A stretch of 64,000 nt of DNA, taken from positions 48,112,001-48,176,000 of the forward strand of contig NC_042998.1 in NCBI RefSeq assembly GCF_006345805.1. Direction: 5' to 3'. The notes under the pieces were generated by a model that was given only the letters and a program-made list of their open reading frames with translations, was not told where the DNA came from and ran no database searches. The translations under genes and the position numbers were made by a program. The DNA comes from Octopus sinensis. Its lineage: Eukaryota. Of the stretch, positions 38,363 through 50,150 are shown one piece after another (positions within the stretch are counted from its first letter, which is position 1; the number at the start of each line of letters is the position of its first letter).

Positions 38363-39908
38363 GTAACGAAGATGGCAATGATGACCAAGCACCACTAAAT
38401 GCAGTTAAAGCTAGGTGGCAGTACTAAACAGTATTACATGATAGACCTATCTCAGACTGACCCCATCAAAAGAGGGTCCAATGGTGTTTTATTGTGATAC
38501 CATTAATAAAAAGGCTTGGTGTTTGTGATATTGGTACAGGTACTTGCAATGCTGTCTTAACGAATGGGAACATTGGCCAATTGCTCAGAAGTCCTACAGG
38601 TGTAGGAACCCAATGCTCAATCCATGTATACTATACTTGTGTATGCAGTGGCCCCAATCTGTTGCTTTATCCAGGGAGCTACAATACTGTCAAGACAACC
38701 CTGAATACTAGAAGTGGTTGTACTAATGATGATCAATGGAGTTTATTGCCTTAATGGTCTCATGGATAAAGGTATTTGTAAGCAGTAACATATATAAAGG
38801 TAGCGGTTTCAATCTCTGCCAGGAATCACAGAGGGAGTCTTACAAAATTATTTTCATTTCATTGGAGTGCATCTGACCACTGAATGCAACAAGATGATCA
38901 TTATTATGTTACTGCCTCAAGATTGTGATAATGGTTTCTTGGCCCTGTTGTTTACTGAATAACAAGGTCAGTTCTGCATTGAGTAAAACTGTAACTATTT
39001 TTATGCCACTCATAAACTATTCATTTCATAACTGATCCCCTCACTAACTTTCTTTCTTTGCTTCCTGTGGCAGGATGGATAGTATGTACGTTAATCTTTG
39101 CCATGAATCAACTGGAATGCTGAAGGTAGTTTCTAAGATGCCATTCTTTCTACCATTCTTTCTGGTATTCTGCCACAAGAGAACGAGGAAGGATGGGAGA
39201 GGGGGGGGAGGAAACCTGTTATAGGCATTAATGAGAAAGAAATCTCTCCATTCAACAAGACATCACACACAGACTAAAGACCCTTTACTACAACCTGTTC
39301 AAAGGCAGAGTAGGTAAACTGGGAAAATTTATTGGTTGGACAGTCCAGACTAACTTTTGCTTTGTGGGTACAGCTTTATAACAGAATTGAAAAAGTGAGA
39401 GAGGGAATAACAGAAAGCTAGAGAGTGTATTTTCTTTTTGTTGTGTGTGTGTGTTATGTGCAGCCATGAAGGTACTTACTGGTCCTGTGTGGTCTGCTAG
39501 AAGAAGAGGAGGTGGAAGAAAAATAGAACAAGAACTAGAAGCATATACGGTGTAGAGTAACAGAAATTGGGAATGTATGTAAGATTATGGCAGTGAAAAA
39601 AGTCAGTGCTTGTCAGAGGTTAACTGGCTGGTTGTGAAGAAACAGAAAGAGAGTAGTATACAGCTATGTCTGATTAGCTGTGTCCCTAAAATTCCCCCAT
39701 CATGTCAGTCCTAACCCCCAAACTACAGTGATGATCTACCCCTACTCCACCCCCACTGCCACTACCCTTGGCATCCTACAACTCTCTCTTTCTCTCTCTC
39801 TTTCTCTGGCTCTCCCTAACTCTGCACAATCAAGTAGTTTTGAAGTAGCCACCTAGTTCATCTGTAGAGGGGTAGAGAGAAGGAATAGAACAAGAATATA
39901 CATATATA

Positions 39909-39963
<55 letters not shown>

Positions 39964-40165
39964 ATGTATGTATGTAAAAGAGGGGAGGGAAACAGATTGT
40001 AACAGAGTGGAGATCAGAGGGGTTGAGGCCGGGCGGGCTGGGGAGTAAAGGAAGACAGTGATGGGGTCAGGAGTGGGGTGTAGGAAAGGGAATAAGAGAA
40101 AACAATTTTCTCCTCTCTGTATATGTTAGTACTTGTCAACTGTATTTGTGTATGGTTTGTATATA

Positions 40166-40256
<91 letters not shown>

Positions 40257-40323
40257 GCATGCACGCATGTTAGTGCTTGTGCAAATGATTGTAAAATCCT
40301 TCATGGTTGTATGTATGTATGTA

Positions 40324-40359
<36 letters not shown>

Positions 40360-40734
40360 AGAGTGTACTACTAGTAGTGTCTATTATTTGTGTGTCTCAG
40401 CTATTTTGTAGCTTATTTCTTTATCAGTAGTTTCATGAATGTATGTATAGATGTGTGTGTGTGTGTGGTGTGTGTGTGTATGAAGTAAAAAGAGAGAGAG
40501 AGAAAAGGAAAGAGAGAGTGTATGCTGTAAAACTTTACATATTAGGAAGTGGGTGTATATTTACAGAATATTTGTGTATGGATGGGTATTTGTGCATGCA
40601 TATGTGTGTGTGTGTGTATGCATACACACACATACACATATATTGGTGAGGAGGCATGGCCCAGCGGTTAGGGAATTCTACTCATGATCAGGAGATCGTG
40701 GTTTCAATACCTAGACTGTGTAATGAATTGTGTT

Positions 40735-40879
40735 CATCATCATCATCATCGTTTAAGGTCCGCTTTCCATGCTAGCATGGGTTGGACGGTTCAACTGGGG
40801 TCTGGGAAGCCCGAAGGCTGCACCAGGCCAGTCAGATCTGGCGGTGTTTCAACAGCTGGATGCCCTTCCTAACGCCAAC
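40735..40879 (-). mobile_element. 5'-truncated RTE 3' tail (family C)
   Basis: Minus strand gttggcgttaggaagggcatccagc...ggaaagcggaccttaaac(GAT)n. Confidence 0.9.
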
Positions 40880-40889
40880 AAATAATGGA

Positions 40890-41010
40890 ATGCTTACAGC
40901 ACCTAGGTTTCCCAAGCGGTCACCCATCTAAGTACTAATTAGGCTTGATGTTGCTTAACTTCGGTGATCAGACGAGAACCGGTGCTTACAACGTGATATG
41001 GCCGTAAGGC
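40890..41010 (-). rRNA. Full-length 5S rRNA copy (probable pseudogene)
   Basis: Minus strand GCCTTACGGCCATATCACGTTGTAAGCACCGGTTCTCGTCTGATCACCGAAGTTAAGCAACATCAAGCCTAATTAGTACTTAGATGGGTGACCGCTTGGGAAACCTAGGTGCTGTAAGCAT. About 120 nt; helix I CTTACGG/CTGTAAG pairs; box A and box C are recognisable; apparent CpG-decay changes. Confidence 0.95.
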
Positions 41011-41402
41011 GATTGAGTTTGTCCTTGAGTATTCTTGAACAAAACACTTCATCTCACATTGCTCAGCGACCACTCCAACACCTGACATGTGGTACACAGT
41101 GCAACTGTTCAGACAACATCGATTTGAGGTCGGAAGTGAGCCGATGTGCAGCACGAACATTTGATCACGATAAACAAATCATTTGTGCACGTCATTTGGC
41201 AAGCTGAACGCTGATACGTCATCTTCGATGGGGGAGTCCATCATACATAGGCACAAAAATGGTTGTAAGGTAAGATGTCTGCTTCGCAACTACATGGTAT
41301 CAGGTTCAGCCCCACTGTAGGGCACTTTGGGGAAGTATCTTCTACTATAGCCTCGGGTTGACCTAAACTTTGAGTGAATTTGGTAGACAGAAACAAAGAA
41401 GC

Positions 41403-41815
41403 AGCAAGCTGGCAGAAATGTTAGCATGCCGGGCGAAATGCTTATCAGTATTTCATCTGCCGTTACATTCTGAGTTCAAATTCTGCTGAGGTTAACTTTG
41501 ACTTTCATCCTTTCGGGGGTCGAGAAATTAAGTACCAGTTACGCACTGGAGTCAATGTAATTGACTTAATCCCTTTGTCTGTCCTAGTTTGTCCCCTCTA
41601 TGTTTAGCCCCTTGTGGGTAGTAAAGAAATAGGTATTTCATCTGCTGTTACGTTTTGAGTTCAAGTTCCGCTGTGGTTGACTTTGCCTTTCATCCTTTTG
41701 GGGTCGATAAATTAAGTACCAGTTATGCACTGGGGTCGATGTAATCGACTTAATCCCTTTGTCTGTCCTAGTTTGTCCCCTCTATGTTTAGTCCCTTGTG
41801 GGCAATAAAGGAATA
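41403..41815 (+). mobile_element. Tandem SINE family B pair inside a family A head
   Basis: The second copy starts at ggtatttc (41632). Confidence 0.88.
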
Positions 41816-41844
41816 AGAAACTGAAAGAAGTTCAATCATGTCAA

Positions 41845-42038
41845 TAGCATTGGTGCTGGTGCCACATAAAAAGCACCCAACTGCTCTATAAAGTGGTTGG
41901 CATTAGGAAGGGCATCCAGCCATAGGAACCATGCCAGAACAGACAATGGAGCCCAGTGCGGCCATCAGTCTTACCAGCACTGGCCAAATTGTGCAACCCA
42001 TGACAGCATGGAAAACAGATGTTCAGTTATGATGTTGA
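41845..42038 (+). mobile_element. RTE 3' tail (family C)
   Basis: ggcattaggaagggcatccagc core. Confidence 0.75.
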
Positions 42039-42206
42039 TGTGGCTGTGTGGTAAGAAGCTTGCTTCCCAACCACATGATTCCAGGTTCAGTCTCACTGTG
42101 CAGCACCTTGACAAGTGCCTTCTATAGCTCCTGGCTGAACAAAGCCTTGTAAGTGGATTTGGAAGACAGAAACTAAAAGAAAAGAAGCCCATTGTATATA
42201 TACTCA

Positions 42207-42284
<78 letters not shown>

Positions 42285-42534
42285 TGTGTGTGTCTTTGTG
42301 TCTACGTTTGGCCCCCATCCACCGCTGGAGAACTGGTGTTGGTGTGTTTAAGTTGCCACAACTTAACTATATAGCAAAAGAGGCCGACAGAATAAGTACC
42401 AGGCTTAAAAAAACAAAACAAAAAAATGTGCTGGTGGTGGGGTTCAATCCATTCAACTAAAAATTCTACAAGGTGGTGCCCCAGAATGGCCGCAGTTTAC
42501 TGACTGAAATAAGTAAAAGATATAAGATAAAAGA
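42039..42534 (+). mobile_element. SINE family A with expanded (TG)n
   Basis: Family A module order. Confidence 0.8.
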
Positions 42535-42821
42535 ACTCTGAACATGGAATACAACCCTAACTTCCATAGCATATGGTAGTTTCTTTCAGAAGGAGTAGAT
42601 AAAAATCAACTAAAAACCTTTGGAAACAAGGCCCCAACATGGCAATAGTTCAATGAAGAAACTAGTCAAAATATGAAAAAAAACTTCTTTTTTTTCTTTT
42701 CGTACTACATGTCATTAGAGTTATGTCTTGCCTGAAGAAGTAGCTACATGCAAGGGTAATGCTAGCCACTGGACCAGCCAGTGGGTGTGTGTGAGTGTGC
42801 GTGTATACTTTCATTATTTGA

Positions 42822-43506
42822 TTCTATTACTTGTTTCAGTCATTTGACTGCGGCCATGCTGGAGCACCACTTTGAAGGGTTTTAGTCAAAGAAATCGACA
42901 TCCCCAGGACTTTAAAGCCTAGTACTTATTCTATCAGTCTCTTTTACTGAACTGCTGAGTTATGGGGATGTAAACACACCAACACTGGTTGTCAAGCAGT
43001 GATGGGGGAGGGGGCAAAAACACAGACACAAAGACACACATACACATATATATACCTATACATAGATATATATACATATACATATATATGTATATATATG
43101 ACAGGCTTCTTTCAGTTTCCATCAATCACACCCACTCACAAGGTTAGCCTGAGGTTATAGTAGAAGACACTTGCCCAAGGTGCCATGCAGTGGGACTGAA
43201 TGAATGCAGAACTATGTGGTTGGGAAGCAAGCTTCTTATTTCTTTATAGCCCACAAGGGGCTATACACAGAGGGGACAAACAAGGACAGACAAACGGATT
43301 AAGTCGATTATATCGACCCCAGTGTGTAACTGGTACTTATTTAATCGACCCCGAAAGGATGAAAGGCAAAGTCGACCTTGGTGGAGTTTGAACTCAGAAC
43401 GTAGCGGCAGACGAAATACCACTAAGCATTTCGCCCAGCGTGCTAATGTTTCTACCAGCTCACCACCTTAAGCAAGCTTCTTACCACAACACTAGATCTG
43501 TGCCTA
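42822..43506 (-). mobile_element. SINE family A with a nested family B copy (43239-43469)
   Basis: 14-bp TSD aagcaagcttctta at 43225-43238 and 43470-43483. Confidence 0.88.
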
Positions 43507-44129
43507 TATATATCAGAATATCAACCACACCATCAGATGCTGGTCACAATGCACTTCCATTTCTGACTTGATTGTGCAATTTTTTCCATCTTCAACAGCG
43601 ACATCATCATCATCGTTTTGATACCCTCCTTTTCTATGCTTGCATGGGCTGGACAAAACTACATTGGAACAGAGTTTCTATGACTGGATGCTCTTCTTGA
43701 TGCCAACTGTCACTTGCTTCCAAGGAACATAATACGGAAATAATCCCTTAGTCTCTAAAAAGCAACAAGTAGCCCAGACATGGTTATGTGAGGATACAGA
43801 AACGAATGATACCAAATGAATAAGCATTCGTTTATGCAGATCGCACAACACATCAAGAAACCCATACGTACCAAGGCAGTGAAATGCAAGGAAGCAACAC
43901 AGACAGCAAGGCCTTTGTTTACAAGCAACAAACATATAAGGTGAGAGAAATATGAGCGTTCTTACACACACATACATATCAGGATTTTTTCAGTTTCTTT
44001 TGATCAAATCTAGTCACTAGCTTTGGTCTGCCAAGGGCCATTGTAGAAGGCATTTATCTAAGGTACCATGCAAGGAGACTGAAACCCAAACCATGTGGGT
44101 GGGGATACAAACTTCTCAACCACACTGCC

Positions 44130-44162
<33 letters not shown>

Positions 44163-44194
44163 TATGTATACATATATACATAAATATATATCTA

Positions 44195-44423
44195 AAAAGC
44201 ACCATCCAACCGTGGCCGTTTGCCAGCCCCGTCTGGCAACTGTGCCAGTGGCATGTAAAAAGCACCCACTACACTCACGGAGTGGTTAGCGTTAGGAAGG
44301 GCATCTAGCCATAGAAACACTGCCAGATCAGACTGGGCCTGGTGCAGCCATCTGGCTTCCCAGACCCCAGTTGAACCGTCCAACCCATGCTAGCATGGAA
44401 AGCAGACGCTAAAGGATGATGAT
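44195..44423 (+). mobile_element. RTE 3' tail (family C)
   Basis: Family C core and tail. Confidence 0.88.
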
Positions 44424-44440
44424 ATCTCTCTCTCTCTCTC

Positions 44441-44502
<62 letters not shown>

Positions 44503-44513
44503 CACACATACAG

Positions 44514-44558
<45 letters not shown>

Positions 44559-44584
44559 AACATAGACAGCTGTGCACAATGTGT

Positions 44585-45105
44585 TACCAATAGGGAAAAG
44601 TATAATTGTCCCTAAATGTGACTAAGAGTGTTAAAACACCTACATAGCTAGAAATAAGAGCTAAAATGTTTTAATGTTGTTTTTAAGGCACGTAATTGTA
44701 TACATATATACTGACAAGGACTGTAATTGCCCGAAAACACCAGTCAAGAATTCCTTATATTGATCAGTCAGTTTTGGTTATTTCTGTAGCCTTACCAATA
44801 AGGACCACTCAATTCAGCTGATTCCTGACTTAATTCTCTACCAGTATAGATGTATTCACTGTAAAAATCTATGGATGATTTAGCAAATTGCTAATGTGGA
44901 TAGAAAAAATTAATATAGACAGCCATATGCAGCGTTTTACCAAAGAGGAAAACTATAATTGTAATTATATGTGACGAAGGGTGTTAGAACAACTATATTG
45001 CTAGAAATAAGAGCTAAAAAGCTCTGACGCTGTTGTGAAAGCACATAATTGTATACATATATACTGACAGGGACTGTGATTGCCTGAAAATAGCAGTCGA
45101 TACAC
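44585..45105 (+). repeat. ~165-bp direct repeats with degenerate hammerhead cores (Penelope-like)
   Basis: 44585-44750 versus 44940-45105; each contains ctgac(aa/ag)ggactgt(a/g)attgcc(c/t)gaaaa..cagtc. Confidence 0.55.
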
Positions 45106-45155
45106 ACACACAAGAAAATGAGATGACAAATGAATAAGCAATAATCATAAATATA

Positions 45156-45399
45156 AATAAATGTGCCTTTTTAAAGCCTAACCAGGCTCATGGGCCCGAT
45201 TTCAATGGCGTATGCGTTCCCCAGCTGGACAGGACGCCAGTCCATCACAGCGTTACTCATTTTTGCCAGCTGAGTGGACTGGAGCAACGTGAAATGAAGC
45301 GTTTTGCTCAAGAACACAACGTGTCGCCTGGTCCAGGAATCGAAACCACAATCTTACGATCATGATGCTGACACCCTAACCACTAAGCCACGCATCTCC
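45156..45399 (-). mobile_element. SINE: head H1 + CORE-like module + V-domain-like tail
   Basis: Minus strand ...ccactcagctggcaaaaatgagtaacgctgtgatggactggcgtcctgtccagctgggg... Confidence 0.85.
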
Positions 45400-45580
45400 A
45401 CAAGCAATCATCATATGATCTTCATTAGCTTACCGCTGTTTCTGCCATAAGATGCAGTGGACTTGTAGTTGATATTCAAATACACACACATACACACATA
45501 TATATATAGACAAACACACATATATATATCTTGACCAGAAGCCATCTTAAATTTGTCTCAAATCCCTCACTCTCATCCTG

Positions 45581-45632
45581 ATATCTGATGAGATGGGTCC
45601 ATCCTGTGTGTCCATGAAACTTTAAGTCATAT
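45581..45632 (+). ncRNA. Hammerhead ribozyme motif with GUC site
   Basis: AUAU-CUGAUGA-G-AUGGG(...)UCCAU-GAAA-CUUUAAG-UC-AUAU: stem I AUAU/AUAU, stem II AUGGG/UCCAU, stem III ACUU/AAGU. Confidence 0.6.
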
Positions 45633-45722
45633 GGAACTGAGTCAAACTGTTATTAAAAGCATATGTAACGCCAACCAAATGTGTTGAGTGCCACTCCCTT
45701 TTATTTGTCCACTCCCACATGT

Positions 45723-45763
<41 letters not shown>

Positions 45764-46134
45764 TATATACACACATCTTTTAATCTTTTACTTGATTCAA
45801 TCATTGGTGTGTTGGTGTGTGTGTCTGCGTGTGTGGGTGTATGCATGTATGTGCAAGTATATGCATGTGTGTGCAAGTGAGTGTATATTCATGAAACAAG
45901 GAATGTTTTAACATATAGGTTGATGTGTATGTATAGCCCTGAGATAAGTGTGCATATGACTGTGTGTGTATGTGTGAGTTGTGTGAGAGAGAAAGAGAGA
46001 CAGGCAGACAGATTAGAATGACAGATAGACAGAAAGAGAGAGAGAGAGAGAGAGAGTCAGACAAACAGATAGAAAGGAAAACAGACAGAGAAAGTCTGCT
46101 CTGTGACTTTTTTTTTTAAGGGAACAGTGAGGCG

Positions 46135-46169
<35 letters not shown>

Positions 46170-46447
46170 GAGGTGGGTAGGTGTGAGAGGAGAGTCAAAT
46201 TGAGAAAAGGAGTTTCTGACTGTGGAAACAAGGGCAACTATGCAGCACTATGAGTTGTTTGATGTGATTTTTTAAAAAGTTTTTCCATACGCGCACACGC
46301 GCACTCTTTCAGACCCCCCCCACCACCACCACCACCACACACCTTTCCTCTCATCTGACGACTCTCTTAGTTTCTACCTCCCTTTCTCGTTTCTGAAGTT
46401 CACTCACACTCTATCTCTCTAAACTCTCTAAAGCCAACCATACTCTT

Positions 46448-46663
46448 CTTTTACTCTTTTACTTGTTTCAGTCATTTGACTGTGGCCATGCTGGAGCACC
46501 ACCTTTAGTCGAGCAACTCGACCCCGGGACTTATTCTGTGTAAGCCCAGTACTTATTCTATCAGTCTCTTTTGCCGAACCGCCAGGTTACGGGGACGTAA
46601 ACACACCAGCATCGGTTGTCAAGCAATGCTAGGGGGACAAACACAGACACACAAACATACATG

Positions 46664-46717
<54 letters not shown>

Positions 46718-46866
46718 TATGATGGGCTTCTTTCAGTTTCCGTCAACCAAATCCACTCACAAGGCTTTGGTCGGTCCGAGGCTATAGTAGAAGACACTTG
46801 CCCAAGGTGCCACGCAGTGGGACTGAACCATGTGGTTGGCAAGCAAGCTACTTACCACACAGTCAC
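46448..46866 (-). mobile_element. SINE family A
   Basis: Near full length with low divergence. Confidence 0.92.
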
Positions 46867-47264
46867 CAGTCACTCACTTCCTAGCGCTCTTTCTCACACT
46901 CTTACTCTCCTTACCTTTTTAAACCCCCTCTCTCCCTCTCTCTCTGGTTTCCTATCTCTTTCTTTCAGTCTCTCTCTTCCTAGCTGTCTTCCTCTCACTT
47001 TATCTCTCTCCATCATTTCTTGACTCTCCATTTTCAAACTCTTCTTTCAGCTTTCATACATTTTTTCATACTTCCTCAGTTTCATCTTCTTTCATTCTCA
47101 TCTCTCTCTTTCTCACTCTGTATGTGCATGTCTATGTGTGTGTGTGTGTGGTATATATACATACATATGCATATGTATGTATATAGTCATCCCCCTTATT
47201 CACAATAACTCTTTCTTTTTCATCTCCCAGTTCCTTCTTGTCTTTCAATCTGACTCTCATTCAT

Positions 47265-47301
<37 letters not shown>

Positions 47302-48594
47302 CTCTCTCTCTCCTTCTCTCTCTCCTCTCCCTCTCTTCCTTTTCCTATCTATCTATCTATCCATCCATCCATCTATCTTAACTCATTCAATGCATCTCTC
47401 AGTTTATCTTGCTTTCTCTTTCTCTTTCTCTCTCTCCCCCCTCTCTCTCTCTCTTAATCTTCTTTACCACACCCCCTTCTCTGCCTGTCCTTCCTCATCA
47501 ATCTATGTATGTGCATGGGTATTTTAACCATTGGCACTTGCTCCTATGATTATACACAAACACATACACACACAAATAAGCATACATGTATGTAAGTGTG
47601 TGTGTGTTCTTCTTTCTGGTGGGTACTTGTCTGAAAATCCTATTGAGCGGAGAGGTTTACAGTGATAATGTGGGTAGGTGGTTTGATAGAAGGTTGGGAA
47701 ATATTTGGTGGCGGGAGGGTCCAAGAGTGGATGTGTGTGCATGTGTGTGTATGTGTGTGCGTGTGTGTGTGTGCGCGTGTGTGTTTGGACACAAGTATGG
47801 GTTGTCAGTTGGTGAGCTGGGTGGCAGAAGTATTCTGAGGTGGTGGGCTGGGGTGGGTAGTGGATATATTGGGGGAGGGGAGGGTGTAAGGGATGGAATG
47901 AAACTATTCAAAGTTAAAAAAAGATTAGCTCAGAGAGGAATCAGTCCAGAAAAAAAAATAAGGTTTAAAAAAAGAAAAAAAAAATTAGGTGCACCCCTCC
48001 CTTATGCCTACATGCCTCCTCCCCAGGAAAAAAATGATAAAATGCACTTAAAAAGAATAGAAAAATAACTGTTTTTACATTCTTTCACACTAGAAGACAT
48101 TAAATGTTTCGTTTCATTGCTTTTCTTCTTTATTAAAGTCCCCAGAAAATTTGGCAATTGTAAGGGTCTGAGATATGCAGCAGAGTTGAAAAAAACCCTT
48201 TGATTAACTGAGATTATTCATGCAATTAGTGGACATAACCTCCCGGCAAATTGTTTAAAGTCTTAGTTTGGTTGTGTAGTAAGAAGTTTTCTTTTCAACT
48301 AGATGGTTCCGGTTTCAGTTTCTATAGCTCTGGGCCGACCAAAGACTTGTTAGTGGATTTGGGAGAAGAAAACTGAAAAAAGCTAGCCATAAGAATGGCT
48401 ACAAAAGAACTGTAGTTAATTTTTTTTACTTAACTCTTCAAGGCAGAGTCCCAGAACGGCTGCAGTCCAATGATTGAAACATGTTAAACAAGATAAATGC
48501 TAAATGATAGTCAAAGGAGATAACTCTAAAACTATCAGCTCATAGGATTTTTTGGAAAATAAAGATAAATGGAAGAGGATTTTGCATTTAAAAC

Positions 48595-49219
48595 TAAGTG
48601 GCTAGTATGAAAGCAATGGACATGTTTCAATATTATTATGCCTCTTCAGTGAAGATTATTTGGCTTAATTTGCAACACTTGGAAGTGATCAATATTCAAG
48701 ACCCTCTTCTTTATAAAAGTCTCCACAAAGTTTGGCTTTAGTTGATGCAAGACAATGGTATAGATTTGACATATGTAATAACAACAGAAGAAAAACTTTG
48801 GTTAACTGGGATTATCTATGCAATTAATAGACAAAACCTCCCAATAGGAGGTTGTTTAAAATCTTAAAACGATCAAACCAGTATGTAAGAAATTCCTCTC
48901 CCTCTTTCTTCCTCTATTAATGAAAAATAAACTATCTAGGAGGAAAAAAAACTATAAATTATTTTTCTCCAGAAAAATTGTCTGACTTCATAAAATGTTG
49001 AATTTTTGTTTAATTTATTTGTCTCAAGTTATACCAAGCTGCTGATTTTAAAGAAAGATAAAATAGGCGCAGGATTAGCTGTGTGGTAAGTAGCTTGCTT
49101 ACCAACCACATGGTTTCAGGTTCAGTCCCACTGCGTGTCACCTTGGGCAAGTGTCTTCTACTATAGCCTCAGCCCGACCAAAGCCTTGTGAGAAGATTTG
49201 GTAAGCAGAAACTGTCGTA

Positions 49220-49264
<45 letters not shown>

Positions 49265-49870
49265 GTATATATGTGTGTGTGTGTGTGTGTGTTTGTCCCC
49301 CCCAACATCACTTGACAACTGATGCTGGTGTGTTTATGTCTCCGTAACTTAGTGGTTCGGCAAAAGAGAATAAGTACTAGGCTTACAAAGAATAAGTCCT
49401 GGGGTCGATTTGCTCAACTAAAGGCAGTGCTCCAGCATGGCCACAGTCAAATGACTGAAACAAGTAAAAGAAAAAAAAAAAGATGTAGTACTGTATATGC
49501 CTACCAATGACAAATGACTTTAAGAATCTTATAATGTGTAGAAAAAGAAATTAAATGTGTATTCTCTGTACACTTTCTTTACTCTTTAATATAAATTCTA
49601 AAGTTTCAAATCTATCTCAAGTAAATCCATAAGAGATTGTCTCCCTTATAATAATTTAACACCAGAGGGTGCACCAAGAGTTTAAATAATATCAGCTCAC
49701 AAAAATTCTAGGAAAATAAAGCAATGAATATAAGAGTAGATTTTGTATTTGGAACCATATGGCTGTGAGTAGCAGTGGACTTGTTTCAATATTATTGTGC
49801 CTCTTTAGTGAAGAATATTCAGCATAGTTGGCAACACTTAGAAGTGATCAGTATACATCCATAAAGCTCT
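48595..49870 (-). repeat. Diverged direct repeats (48595-48720, 49760-49870), each with a hammerhead-like core on the minus strand
   Basis: CUGAAGA-ggcau-aaua-auauu-GAAA-CAUGUC at 48619-48649 and a mutated copy at 49778-49808. Confidence 0.5.
49065..49472 (+). mobile_element. SINE family A
   Basis: Family A head and tail. Confidence 0.9.
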
Positions 49871-49924
49871 ATCCAGAACATCCTTCATCCCCCTGTATTG
49901 CCAATCAGTACGTTTTACCTATTG

Positions 49925-50150
49925 CTTTACTACCCACAAGGAGCTAAACACAGAGAGGACAAACAAGGACAGACAAACGGATTAAGTCAATTATATCGAC
50001 ACCAGTGTGTAACTGGTACTTATTTAATCGACCCCGAAAAGATGAAAGCAAAGTCGACCTCAGCGGAATTTGAACTCAGAACGTAACCGCAGACGAAATA
50101 CCACTAAGCATTTCGCCCGGCATGCTAACATTTCTACCAGCTCACCGCCA
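49925..50150 (-). mobile_element. SINE family B
   Basis: Reverse complement of the B consensus. Confidence 0.9.

Larger units (their letters stand above)
40646..41250 (+). mobile_element. tRNA-derived SINE split by the RTE-tail/5S insertion
   Basis: Head (tggcccagcgg; ggtttcaatacc) at 40646-40734; body resumes at cttgaacaaaacacttcatctcacattgctc from about 41034. Confidence 0.7.
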
